From an uncultured Bacteroidota bacterium (lineage in GTDB: Bacteria > Bacteroidota > Bacteroidia > Flavobacteriales > Flavobacteriaceae): a stretch of DNA of 64,000 nucleotides. Positions 38,733 to 47,810 of the stretch are shown one piece after another. How positions within the stretch are numbered: the first letter of the stretch is position 1; every line of letters starts with the position of its first letter. The stretch covers positions 228 through 64,227 of the forward strand of contig CAIJXW010000024.1 of assembly GCA_903824755.1 (NCBI GenBank), read 5' to 3'. The notes under the pieces are model-generated. The model was given only the letters and a program-made list of their open reading frames with translations. It ran no database searches and had not been told where the DNA came from. The position numbers and the translations under genes are program-made.

Positions 38733-39659
38733 CTATCCAAAAGTTTGTTTTTCAACCAAATAGGTTGTGAGTATTTTTTCGAAATTTGCTCCGACAGATA
38801 CAGGAACGTACTTAATCTTGTTTTGAGCACAAGTTAATGCTAGTTTTTTGAAGTAAATTGATGCCTGGCTTTCATAAGTTTCCTTAATATTATCAGCAAA
38901 AATCATTACCTCATCTCCAGTTTCTACATCTATGAATTTTCTAGGTGCATTATCAAAATCAAAATTTAATTCGGTTTTTTCATCAAACACATGAAACAAA
39001 AGTACTTTATGCTTATTATGTTTTAAATGCTGTAAAGCCGAAAACAAAGCCTCTTCATCACCTGATTGAAACATATCTGTAAACAAAATGATCATTGATC
39101 TTCGGTGGATTTTCTCTGCTATTTGATGCAAAAAAAGTACTGTATCTGTATTCTTAGACGCTTTTGGCTGTTCTAACAATTCCTCAAGTTTACTCAAAAT
39201 CATTCGGTGATGGCGGTCACTACCCATTTCTGGAGCATAATATTCATAAACATCAGAATATATACTCAAACCTACTGCATCACGCTGTTTCTTCAATAAG
39301 TTCATTAAAACTGCCGAAGCTAAAACCGAAAAACCTATTTTATTCTCATAAAATTCTTGGTCGTTTTTCAATTTTGGATAGTGCATCGAAGACGAATTGT
39401 CTATAATAATATGACATCGCAAATTGGTTTCTTCCTCATATCGTTTGGTATAAAGCCGATCTGTTTTGGCAAATAATTTCCAATCAATATGTTTTGTGCT
39501 TTCCCCAGAATTATAGACTTTATGCTCTGCAAATTCGGCCGAAAAACCATGAAATGGACTTTTGTGCATTCCCGAAATAAATCCCTCTACCACCTGATGA
39601 GCTAACAATTCAAGATGCTGAAAGCTTGCAATTTTTTCTATTTGTGATTCCAATTTCAT
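38733..39659 (-). CDS. DUF58 (vWA-like) protein
   Basis: VVEGFISGMHKSPFHGFSAEFAEHKVY, IDWKLFAKTDRLYTKRYEEET. Confidence 0.9.
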   Translation of the reverse strand: MKLESQIEKIASFQHLELLAHQVVEGFISGMHKSPFHGFSAEFAEHKVYNSGESTKHIDWKLFAKTDRLYTKRYEEETNLRCHIIIDNSSSMHYPKLKNDQEFYENKIGFSVLASAVLMNLLKKQRDAVGLSIYSDVYEYYAPEMGSDRHHRMILSKLEELLEQPKASKNTDTVLFLHQIAEKIHRRSMIILFTDMFQSGDEEALFSALQHLKHNKHKVLLFHVFDEKTELNFDFDNAPRKFIDVETGDEVMIFADNIKETYESQASIYFKKLALTCAQNKIKYVPVSVGANFEKILTTYLVEKQTFG

Positions 39660-39703
39660 CTTTCAAATGTATTAAAAGATTGCCTGAATTAAAAATATAT
39701 CCC

Positions 39704-39734
39704 AAAAAAAAGGTTTGACTTTCGCCAAACCTTT
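39704..39734 (-). terminator. Terminator after trxA
   Basis: aaaggtttg-actttcgc-caaaccttt with an A-run. Confidence 0.7.
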
Positions 39735-39751
39735 ATCTATTTATTTTTTTC

Positions 39752-40069
39752 TTACAATAGTGCATTCAGACTATCCGCATAGGTTTGCTTAGGTGCAACG
39801 CCGACTTGTCGTCCAACTACTTCCCCGTTTTGAAAAACTAAAACAGTTGGGATATTTCTCACGCCATATTTTGCCGCAAATTCCTGATTTGCATCAACAT
39901 CAACTTTTCCTATTACTGCTTTTCCTGCAAATTCTTCACTTATTTCATCAATGATTGGCCCAACCATTCTGCACGGTCCGCACCATGCTGCCCAAAAATC
40001 AACCATTACTGGTTTGTCTGATTTCAAAACTACTTCCTCAAAAGTAGCGTCTGTTATTGCTAATGCCAT
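39752..40069 (-). CDS. trxA: Thioredoxin
   Basis: VDFWAAWCGPC. Confidence 0.97.
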   Translation of the reverse strand: MALAITDATFEEVVLKSDKPVMVDFWAAWCGPCRMVGPIIDEISEEFAGKAVIGKVDVDANQEFAAKYGVRNIPTVLVFQNGEVVGRQVGVAPKQTYADSLNALL

Positions 40070-40284
40070 TTTATTTTTATTTTAAAATTGATGTTTAATT
40101 ACTTATTCTCTCAAAATCGAATACAAATTTATAAATAATAAACCATTCAAACACTATGATAATAGTAGTTTTGAAAATATAATTTTTTAGTTTATCCGTA
40201 GCCTTTTTCTATTGCTCACTTGTTCATCCTAAAAAAATATAAAAAAAAGAATACCCTTTTCATTAGGGCTAGGCTTTGTTAGTT

Positions 40285-43200
40285 TTAATTCAATTTGAAA
40301 CTTACTTGCAATTTTTCTAATTCTAATAATAATTCTTTAGAAATGTTAATTTTTAATTTCCTGCTTGGCATCTCCAAACGTGTGATAATCTTTGTTTCCT
40401 CAATTTCGGTGAGGATTTGAGCTTGTGGCTCGACTGCCTCAACTAATTCTTCATCTCCGTCAAAAACAACGGTTTCTATTTCGCTTACTTCTGACAAAGG
40501 CGTTTCTACTATTCGCTTCACGGTTTCTAATTCCATAATCTCAAACATTACGGTATTATCCCCTTTATTAGTCTGAAATAAAGCACTAAGTTTATGGATA
40601 TTCTCTGGCTCTAAATCGGCAATATTCATTTGAATTACTAGTTTTTTTGCAAAAGTGGACAAAACATTAGCCAGTAATTTTGCGTCTTGAAATATAATCC
40701 TAGGTTCTGATTTTTTTCCAGTTTCTCGATTTACCCAACCTTCTTTAACCCCAATTTTAAAATAAATAAACTGGTTGTTTACCAAGAAATGTCTAAATTT
40801 TAAATAATCCTCATCAAAAATTCTAAATTCATGACTTTCGTCATAGCCATCTACTGTAAAAGCAGCCCAGTCTTTTCCGTTTTTTCCTGTTCGATATTGA
40901 ACATTTGTTACTATTCCTGCAAAGGATAAATTCTTGCCAATTTGATTTTCCAAATTCTTCAAAATCGACAACTGACTATTACAAAAATATTTCATCTCGA
41001 ATTTGAAATCATCTAATGGGTGTCCCGAAATATAAATCCCTACAACTTCTTTTTCTTTGGCCAATTTCTCCATCGTACTCCAATCTTCACAAGGAGGGAC
41101 AACTGGCTCGGCAATTTGAACTTCGCTAGCATCGCCAAAAAGACTCACTTGAGAGGAATTTTCGTTTTCTTGAAATTTAGACCCGTACCTAATTGCCTTT
41201 TCCAAAAACGTAACTCCGTCCCCTTCAATATGAAAATATTGTGCTCTAGTAGTGCCAACAAAAGAATCAAATCCTCCCGCTAATGCTAAGTTTTCAAAGG
41301 CTTTTTTATTGGCTGCTCGTAAATCTATTCGTTTTGCCAAATCAAAAATAGACTTATATTTTCCCTCTTTTCGTCCTTCTACAATTGTAGCAACAGCTCC
41401 AGAACCTACGCCTTTTACTGCACCAATTCCAAATCGGACAGCATAGTTTTCGTTTACCGTAAATTTATAGAAAGACTCATTTACGTCAGGGCCCAAAACT
41501 TGCAATCCCATGCGTTTACACTCTTCCATAAAAAATGAAACTTGCTTGATATCACTCATATTATTAGACAAAACAGCCGCCATATATTCGGCAGGATAGT
41601 TTGCTTTCAAATAAGCTGTTTGATAGGCAATCCAAGCATAACAAGTTGAATGCGATTTGTTAAAAGCATATTCTGCAAAAGCTTCCCAATCTTTCCAGAT
41701 TTTTTCCAATTTTTCTTCCGTATGTCCTTTGGCGACAGCCTGAGAAATAAATTTAGGCTTCATTTTGTCTAGAACATCTTTCTGTTTTTTTCCCATTGCT
41801 TTTCTCAAAACATCGGCATCTCCTTTTGAAAAATCTGCTAATTTTTGAGACAAAAGCATTACTTGTTCTTGATAAACCGTAATTCCGTAGGTTTCTTTGA
41901 GTAGTTCTTCGCAGGCCTCAATATCATATTCAATTTTTTCTTCTCCATTTTTTCTTCTAATAAAACTCGGAATATAAGCTATTGGCCCTGGTCGATATAA
42001 CGCATTCATAGCTATTAAGTCCCCAAAAACTGTTGGCTTTAATTCCTTCATATATTTTTGCATTCCAGGACTTTCATATTGAAAAATACCAACCGTTTCT
42101 CCACGCTGAAATAATTCATACGTTTTTGCATCATCTATTGGAAATTCATCTGGATTGAGTTGAACTCCTGTTCGATATTTAACTAGTTTTACGGTGTCTT
42201 TTATTAAGGTAAGGGTTTTTAATCCCAAGAAATCCATTTTTAATAATCCTGCACTTTCTACTACCGAGTTATCAAATTGAGTTACATATAAATCTGAATC
42301 TTTGGCGGTAGCAACAGGAACAAAATCCGTAATATCACTTGGGGTAATAATAACGCCACAAGCGTGAATTCCAGTATTTCTAAGGTTTCCTTCCAAAACT
42401 TGAGCTTGTTGTATGGTTTCTCCACTCAAGTCGGCGTCTTTTGAAATCCCTATTAATTCTTTTATTTTATCAAAATCTTCAGGCCGAAGCACTTTCTTTA
42501 TTTCTCCTTCCGAATCTTTCAAAAAACGAGCTAAACTCCATTTGGACGGAATAGCATTTGGAATTAATTTGGCTATTTTATCAGCTTCAAAAAGAGGTAA
42601 ATCTAAAACTCTGGCCGTATCTCGAATTGCCGACTTAGCAGCCATTGTTCCATAAGTAATAATTTGGGCAACCTGTTTAGAGCCATATTTTTGAATCACA
42701 TAATCCATCACTCGACTTCTTCCTTCATCATCAAAATCGATATCAATATCGGGCAAAGAAACCCGGTCTGGATTTAGAAAACGCTCAAAAAGTAAATTGT
42801 ATAACAGCGGGTCAATATTCGTAATCCCCAGACAATAGGCCACTACAGAACCCGCTGCAGAACCCCTTCCAGGACCTACAGAAACGTCCATTTTTCTAGC
42901 CTCGGCGATAAAATCTTGAACAATTAGAAAATATCCTGGATATCCTGAGTTTTCAATTGTAAGCAATTCAAAATCTATTCGTTCCTGAATTTCTGGTGTT
43001 ATTTCTTTATACCTTTTTTTTGCCCCTTCAAGAGTTAGATGCTTTAAAAATGCGTTCTCCCCTCTTTTTCCTTGGTCATTTTCATCATCTAATATTAGAA
43101 ATTCTGCTGGAATATCGAATTTTGGTAACAATACCTCTCGAGCCAAGTCATAAATTTCTACTTTATCGACAATCTCTTTTGTATTGGAAATTGCTTCTGG

Positions 43201-44814
43201 CAAGTCATTGAATAATTTTTTCATCTCGCTTGCCGATTTGAAATAATATTCTTGATTTGGCAATCCATATCGATACCCACGTCCCCGACCTATTGGTGTG
43301 GATTGTTTTTCTCCATCGCGAACGCACAACAAAATATCGTGTGCATTTGCGTTTTCTTTTTCGATATAAAAGGTATTATTGGTAGCAATAATTTTTATAT
43401 CGTGTTTTTTGGCCAAACTAACTAAGGCAGAATTTACTCTATTTTCATCTTCTTGATTGTGGCGCATCACCTCGATATAGAAGTCTTCGCCAAATATTTT
43501 TTTCCACCAAATTAGGGCTTCTTCTGCTTGATTTTCGCCAAGATTTAAAATTTTATTTGGAATTTCTCCATATAAATTTCCTGACAAAACGATTAAATCT
43601 TCTTTGTATTTTTCGATAATTTTTTTATCAATTCTCGGAACATAATAAAATCCCTCCGTATAGGCAATTGAGGACATTTTGGCTAAATTATGGTATCCTT
43701 TTTTGGTTTTTGCTAAAAAAACAACTTGAAATCCGTTGTCTTTTCTTGTCTTGTCTTTATGGTCTTCGCACACAAAAAATTCGCAACCAACTATTGGTTT
43801 TATGATTGTTTCTTCAGGAATTTCTTCTTTCTCAATTGCGGCATCATTTTTTGCTTGGGCAATTTTATTATGGTATAAAATATCTCTAACAAAGTGAAAT
43901 GCCCCCATCAAATTGGCGTGATCTGTGATGGCAACCGCAGGCATTTTTTGATTTGCAGTTGCCTTCACGAGAGCTGCAACACTAATTGTAGATTGCAAAA
44001 CCGAAAACTGAGTATGATTATGCAAATGAACAAAGTCGGACGAATTTAATATTTGTTTGTTATCAAATAAGGCTTCTTTTGAAATTATATTGGTTTGGAT
44101 TTCTCCAAATTGTTGTCGGATTTTTTCTGAAGCTTGTTTTAGATTTATGTGTTGTAAACCGATTAACTGAATTTCCTTTGGATTTTTGTTTTGAAATTCT
44201 GAAAAATACTCTTGAGAAACGTCTAATTCTTCTTTTGTAAAAATTTCTCGACGAATTAGTTCGAGAAAACAACGTGTTGTTGCCTCCACATCGGCAGTAG
44301 CATTATGGGCTTCTGAGAATGGTGTTTGGAAAAGATAGTTGTGTAATTCTGTTAATGTTGGTAATTTATATTTTCCGCCTCGTCCACCGGGTAGTTGCAA
44401 AAGCGAAGCGGTAATCTCTGTACAGGTATCCAAAATCGGCATTTTGGCCATTGTTGATTGTACTTGCAAACGGTGAAATTCGCAACCCATAATATTGATA
44501 TCGAAACCTAGATTTTGACCTACAATAAATTTGGCTTTTCCAAGAGCTATATTGAATTGTTCTAAAACTTCTAATAAGGAGACCCCTTCGGCTTGGGCTA
44601 ATTCGGTCGAAATTCCATGAATTCTCTCAGCATCATAGGGTATATTATATCCTTCTGGGCGAATCAAATAATCCTTATGCTCGATAAGTTTCCCCATGTT
44701 GTCGTGAAGTTGCCATGCAATTTGAACGCAACGAGGCCAGTTTCCAGTATCTGTGATGGGTGCGTCCCAGCGTTTTGGCAATCCAGTGGTTTCGGTATCG
44801 AATATTAAATACAT
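40285..44814 (-). CDS. dnaE: DNA polymerase III alpha with fused N-terminal DEDDh 3'-5' exonuclease
   Basis: FDTETTG...HNATADV exonuclease; HLHNHTQFS PHP; GPGRGSAAGS, PDIDIDF, KMDFLGL, FNKSH; ATG 44814 preferred. Confidence 0.96.
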   Translation of the reverse strand: MYLIFDTETTGLPKRWDAPITDTGNWPRCVQIAWQLHDNMGKLIEHKDYLIRPEGYNIPYDAERIHGISTELAQAEGVSLLEVLEQFNIALGKAKFIVGQNLGFDINIMGCEFHRLQVQSTMAKMPILDTCTEITASLLQLPGGRGGKYKLPTLTELHNYLFQTPFSEAHNATADVEATTRCFLELIRREIFTKEELDVSQEYFSEFQNKNPKEIQLIGLQHINLKQASEKIRQQFGEIQTNIISKEALFDNKQILNSSDFVHLHNHTQFSVLQSTISVAALVKATANQKMPAVAITDHANLMGAFHFVRDILYHNKIAQAKNDAAIEKEEIPEETIIKPIVGCEFFVCEDHKDKTRKDNGFQVVFLAKTKKGYHNLAKMSSIAYTEGFYYVPRIDKKIIEKYKEDLIVLSGNLYGEIPNKILNLGENQAEEALIWWKKIFGEDFYIEVMRHNQEDENRVNSALVSLAKKHDIKIIATNNTFYIEKENANAHDILLCVRDGEKQSTPIGRGRGYRYGLPNQEYYFKSASEMKKLFNDLPEAISNTKEIVDKVEIYDLAREVLLPKFDIPAEFLILDDENDQGKRGENAFLKHLTLEGAKKRYKEITPEIQERIDFELLTIENSGYPGYFLIVQDFIAEARKMDVSVGPGRGSAAGSVVAYCLGITNIDPLLYNLLFERFLNPDRVSLPDIDIDFDDEGRSRVMDYVIQKYGSKQVAQIITYGTMAAKSAIRDTARVLDLPLFEADKIAKLIPNAIPSKWSLARFLKDSEGEIKKVLRPEDFDKIKELIGISKDADLSGETIQQAQVLEGNLRNTGIHACGVIITPSDITDFVPVATAKDSDLYVTQFDNSVVESAGLLKMDFLGLKTLTLIKDTVKLVKYRTGVQLNPDEFPIDDAKTYELFQRGETVGIFQYESPGMQKYMKELKPTVFGDLIAMNALYRPGPIAYIPSFIRRKNGEEKIEYDIEACEELLKETYGITVYQEQVMLLSQKLADFSKGDADVLRKAMGKKQKDVLDKMKPKFISQAVAKGHTEEKLEKIWKDWEAFAEYAFNKSHSTCYAWIAYQTAYLKANYPAEYMAAVLSNNMSDIKQVSFFMEECKRMGLQVLGPDVNESFYKFTVNENYAVRFGIGAVKGVGSGAVATIVEGRKEGKYKSIFDLAKRIDLRAANKKAFENLALAGGFDSFVGTTRAQYFHIEGDGVTFLEKAIRYGSKFQENENSSQVSLFGDASEVQIAEPVVPPCEDWSTMEKLAKEKEVVGIYISGHPLDDFKFEMKYFCNSQLSILKNLENQIGKNLSFAGIVTNVQYRTGKNGKDWAAFTVDGYDESHEFRIFDEDYLKFRHFLVNNQFIYFKIGVKEGWVNRETGKKSEPRIIFQDAKLLANVLSTFAKKLVIQMNIADLEPENIHKLSALFQTNKGDNTVMFEIMELETVKRIVETPLSEVSEIETVVFDGDEELVEAVEPQAQILTEIEETKIITRLEMPSRKLKINISKELLLELEKLQVSFKLN

Positions 44815-44930
44815 TAAGGATATTTGAGTTAGATTTGAGAAAAACAAACTATCAAAAATAATCTTTTGATAGATTTGTTGTAAAAATACATTTTGTATAA
44901 TTAATTGTCAATTTTAGTTATCAACAAAAC

Positions 44931-44974
44931 AAAAAAAACCATTCAAAAAATTGAAAAACAATTTTCTGAATGGT
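44931..44974 (-). terminator. Terminator after the RRM gene
   Basis: accattca-aaaaattg...caattttc-tgaatggt with an A-run. Confidence 0.6.
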
Positions 44975-45030
44975 ACTATAAAAAGTTTATTTAGAAAAAT
45001 CTAAATAGGTGTTTTATTTAAAGTTGATAA

Positions 45031-45393
45031 TTAATATCCGCCTCTGTTTCCACCACGGTCATTTCCACCACGGCTGTTTCCACCACCACCGTAACCTCCG
45101 CGAGAATCTCCTCCACGGCTGTTATTGTTGAAGCTTCTTCTTTCTCCTTCTGGTTTAGGCTCTGATTTGTTTACTACAATTGCACGACCTTGAACAGTTG
45201 CACCGTTCAATTCATCGATTGCTTTTTGAGCATCTTCATCACTTGACATTTCTACAAAACCAAATCCTTTACTTCTTCCAGTAAATTTATCAGTAATAAT
45301 TTTTACAGAATCAACTGTTCCGTAAGCCTCGAAAGACTCTCTTAAATCTGCTTCCTCAATACTGAATGGAAGGCTTCCAACAAAAATATTCAT
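45031..45393 (-). CDS. RRM RNA-binding protein with RGG/Gly-rich tail
   Basis: NIFVGSL (RNP2), KGFGFVEM (RNP1), SRGG repeats. Confidence 0.95.
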   Translation of the reverse strand: MNIFVGSLPFSIEEADLRESFEAYGTVDSVKIITDKFTGRSKGFGFVEMSSDEDAQKAIDELNGATVQGRAIVVNKSEPKPEGERRSFNNNSRGGDSRGGYGGGGNSRGGNDRGGNRGGY

Positions 45394-45569
45394 ATTTATT
45401 TATTTATAATATTAAACAAAGGTACTCTAATTTTAACGGTTACAACTATTTTACTGTTTATTTATGATTTTATTCTGAAAATGTCTGTTTTTGAGGGGGA
45501 GATAACCTATTGATTATTAATATAAAAAAGAGTATTAGTAAGTTTCAAAAAAAGATGTATATTTGCACC

Positions 45570-45613
45570 CTTAATTAATCGAGGTCGTGTACCTCAAAAT
45601 TTAATCTTAGATT
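45570..45613 (+). promoter_or_regulatory. rpsP 5' leader hairpin (probable S16 ribosomal leader)
   Basis: gaggt-cgtgt-acctc at 45581-45595 between TATATTTG (45558-45565) and the ATG; a flavobacterial S16 leader motif has been described (from memory). Confidence 0.55.
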
Positions 45614-46300
45614 ATGTCTGTAAAAATTAGATTACAAAGACACGGTAAAAAAGGAAAGCCTTTTTACTGGGTTGTAGCGGCAGATGCTCGCTCAAAAAGA
45701 GATGGTAAATACCTAGAAAAAATTGGTACTTATAATCCAAACACAAATCCTGCAACTATCGAATTGAACCTTGACAGTGCAGTACAATGGTTACACAATG
45801 GTGCTCAGCCTACTGACACCGCAAAAGCAATTCTTTCTTACAAAGGTGCTTTATTGAAACACCACCTTGATGGCGGTATTCGTAAAGGAGCTTTAACACA
45901 AGAACAAGCAGATGCTAAATTAGCAGCTTGGTTAGAGGCAAAAGCGGGTAAAGTAGATTCTAAAAAAGCAGGTTTATCAAAAGCGGAAGTGGAAGCAAAA
46001 GCGAAAGCATTGAAAGCTGAAAAAGAAGCAAATGCAAAACGTATTGCCGCGGCTGCTCAAGCAGAAGCTGATGCTATTGCTGCTGCAACTCCAGTTGAAG
46101 AAGTTGCCGTTGAAGAAGAAGCTCCAGTTGCTGAAGTAGAAGTTGCAGAAGAGGAAACTCCAACTGCTGAAGAAGCGGCTCCGGTTGCTGAAGAAGTTGT
46201 TGTTGAAGAAGCACCCGTAGAAGTAGTTGAAGAAGCTGCTGCCGAAATTGCTGATGAAGCTCCTGCTGCCGAAGAAACGGAAGAAACACCTGAGGCTTAA
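45614..46300 (+). CDS. rpsP: 30S ribosomal protein S16 with long acidic C-terminal extension
   Basis: MSVKIRLQRHGKKGKPFY...RDGK..EKIGTYNP, GAQPTDT. Confidence 0.97.
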   Translation: MSVKIRLQRHGKKGKPFYWVVAADARSKRDGKYLEKIGTYNPNTNPATIELNLDSAVQWLHNGAQPTDTAKAILSYKGALLKHHLDGGIRKGALTQEQADAKLAAWLEAKAGKVDSKKAGLSKAEVEAKAKALKAEKEANAKRIAAAAQAEADAIAAATPVEEVAVEEEAPVAEVEVAEEETPTAEEAAPVAEEVVVEEAPVEVVEEAAAEIADEAPAAEETEETPEA

Positions 46301-46314
46301 TCTCAAAGCGATTT

Positions 46315-46839
46315 ATGCGTAAAGAAGATTGTTTCTATTTAGGTAAAATCGCAAAAAAATTTAGCTTTAAAGGCGAAGTCCTTGCCTATTTAGACACGGA
46401 CGAACCTGAGTTATATGAAAATTTGGAATCAGTGTTTGTTGAATGCAACAAACACTTGGTTCCATTTTTTATTGAAAGCAGTTCGTTGCATAAAAACGAT
46501 TTTCTTCGAATTCGTTTTGAAGATATCACTACCGAGGAAGCCGCCGAGGCTATTCTTGGAAATGCTATTTATCTCCCTTTAAAAATGTTGCCAAAACTTA
46601 GTGGCAACAAGTTTTATTTTCACGAAGTAATTGGATTTGAGGTTGAAGACAAACGATTAGGTATTGTCGGAAAAATTATATCTATCAATGATTCTAGTGC
46701 TCAACCTCTTTTTGAAGTACTAAATGGTGATGTGGAAATCTTAATTCCGATGATTGATCATTTTTTGATAAAAATCGACCGTGACAATAAAAGAGTCATC
46801 ATGGATTTGCCCGAAGGTTTAATTGAAATGTATCTTTAG
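46315..46839 (+). CDS. rimM: Ribosome maturation factor RimM
   Basis: LGKIAKKFSFKGEV, FYFHEVIG, ILIP, LPEGL; follows rpsP. Confidence 0.95.
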   Translation: MRKEDCFYLGKIAKKFSFKGEVLAYLDTDEPELYENLESVFVECNKHLVPFFIESSSLHKNDFLRIRFEDITTEEAAEAILGNAIYLPLKMLPKLSGNKFYFHEVIGFEVEDKRLGIVGKIISINDSSAQPLFEVLNGDVEILIPMIDHFLIKIDRDNKRVIMDLPEGLIEMYL

Positions 46840-46891
46840 TAGGCAATCTATTTTTTGTTTTTGTTTTTTTATTTAAAATAGTAAAGTTGTT

Positions 46892-47605
46892 ATGTCCAAA
46901 TTTCAGTTTAAACAGTTTGCTGTTTCTCAAGATAAGTGTGCGATGAAAATTGGCACAGACGGGGTGCTGTTAGGTGCTTGGGCGCCAATTGAAAATCGCC
47001 CTAAATCTATTTTGGACATTGGAACTGGCACTGGAATTATTGCTTTAATGTTAGCTCAGAGAACAAATGCGGTTCAAATTGATGCATTAGAAATTGACGA
47101 AAGTGCCTTTGAACAGGCGACTGATAATTTTGAAAATTCTCCTTGGAACGAACGTTTGTATTGTTATCACGCTGGTTTAGATGAGTTTATAGAGGAGCCG
47201 GAGGACGAATATGATTTGATTGTATCGAATCCTCCTTTTTTTTCGGAAGAGTTTCGCTCAACAGATGAGCGGCGGGATTTGGCTCGATTTCAGGAGGCGA
47301 TGCCGTTTCGGGAATTGATTGAGGCTGCCGATTTATTATTGTCTGAGAATGGTATTTTTTCGGTAATTATTCCATTTAAGGAGGAGGCTACTTTTTTGGC
47401 ACTTGCCAAAGAATATGAGTTATTTCCTATTAGAATAACTAGAGTTAGAGGTTCGGCGGCAACACAAATTGTGAGAAGTTTGTTGGCTTTTCGAAGATAT
47501 GAATTGTCGGTTTTGAGTGCCGATGAGTTGATTATTGAAATTGGCCGACATGAATATACTTCTGATTATATTGAATTGACGAAGGATTTTTATTTGAAAA
47601 TGTGA
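46892..47605 (+). CDS. tRNA1(Val) (adenine37-N6)-methyltransferase
   Basis: FQFKQF..QDKCAMKIGTDGVLLGAW, LDIGTGTG, SNPPFF. Confidence 0.92.
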   Translation: MSKFQFKQFAVSQDKCAMKIGTDGVLLGAWAPIENRPKSILDIGTGTGIIALMLAQRTNAVQIDALEIDESAFEQATDNFENSPWNERLYCYHAGLDEFIEEPEDEYDLIVSNPPFFSEEFRSTDERRDLARFQEAMPFRELIEAADLLLSENGIFSVIIPFKEEATFLALAKEYELFPIRITRVRGSAATQIVRSLLAFRRYELSVLSADELIIEIGRHEYTSDYIELTKDFYLKM

Positions 47606-47610
47606 TGCCC

Positions 47611-47696
47611 TAGCCCTGCTTGTAACGGAAATCCTTTTTATTTTTTCTTTAAAAATAAAAAGATTGAAGTGGAAAGCAGGAAATAGCTCCAAAAAA
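47611..47696 (+). ncRNA. Structured intergenic repeat, Flavo-1-like (copy A)
   Basis: TAGCCCTGCTTGTAACGGAAATCC-TTTTTATTTTT..AAAAATAAAAA-GATTGAAGTGGAAAGCAGGAAATAGCTCCAAAAAA; same termini as copy B, different inner stem. Confidence 0.7.
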
Positions 47697-47810
47697 TGAT
47701 GTAAATTATAACAATTGTTGATGCATTAGTTGCAATTGTTTCTGTAAATTTGCAAAATATTCTTAATTAGATTGTTGGCTATTATGGGTAGCAATCATAA
47801 CCATAAAACT

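Noticed and set aside
40285-44814. Intein or intron in the unusually long dnaE
   Set aside because: Extra length is explained by the N-terminal exonuclease and an acidic C-terminal insert; no splicing motifs seen
45035-45125. Short tandem DNA repeats (ccaccacgg...)
   Set aside because: Encode the RGG/Gly-rich tail of the RRM protein
45977-46306. Antisense ORFs with F/S/N- and Q/L-rich repeats
   Set aside because: Shadows of the low-complexity rpsP tail
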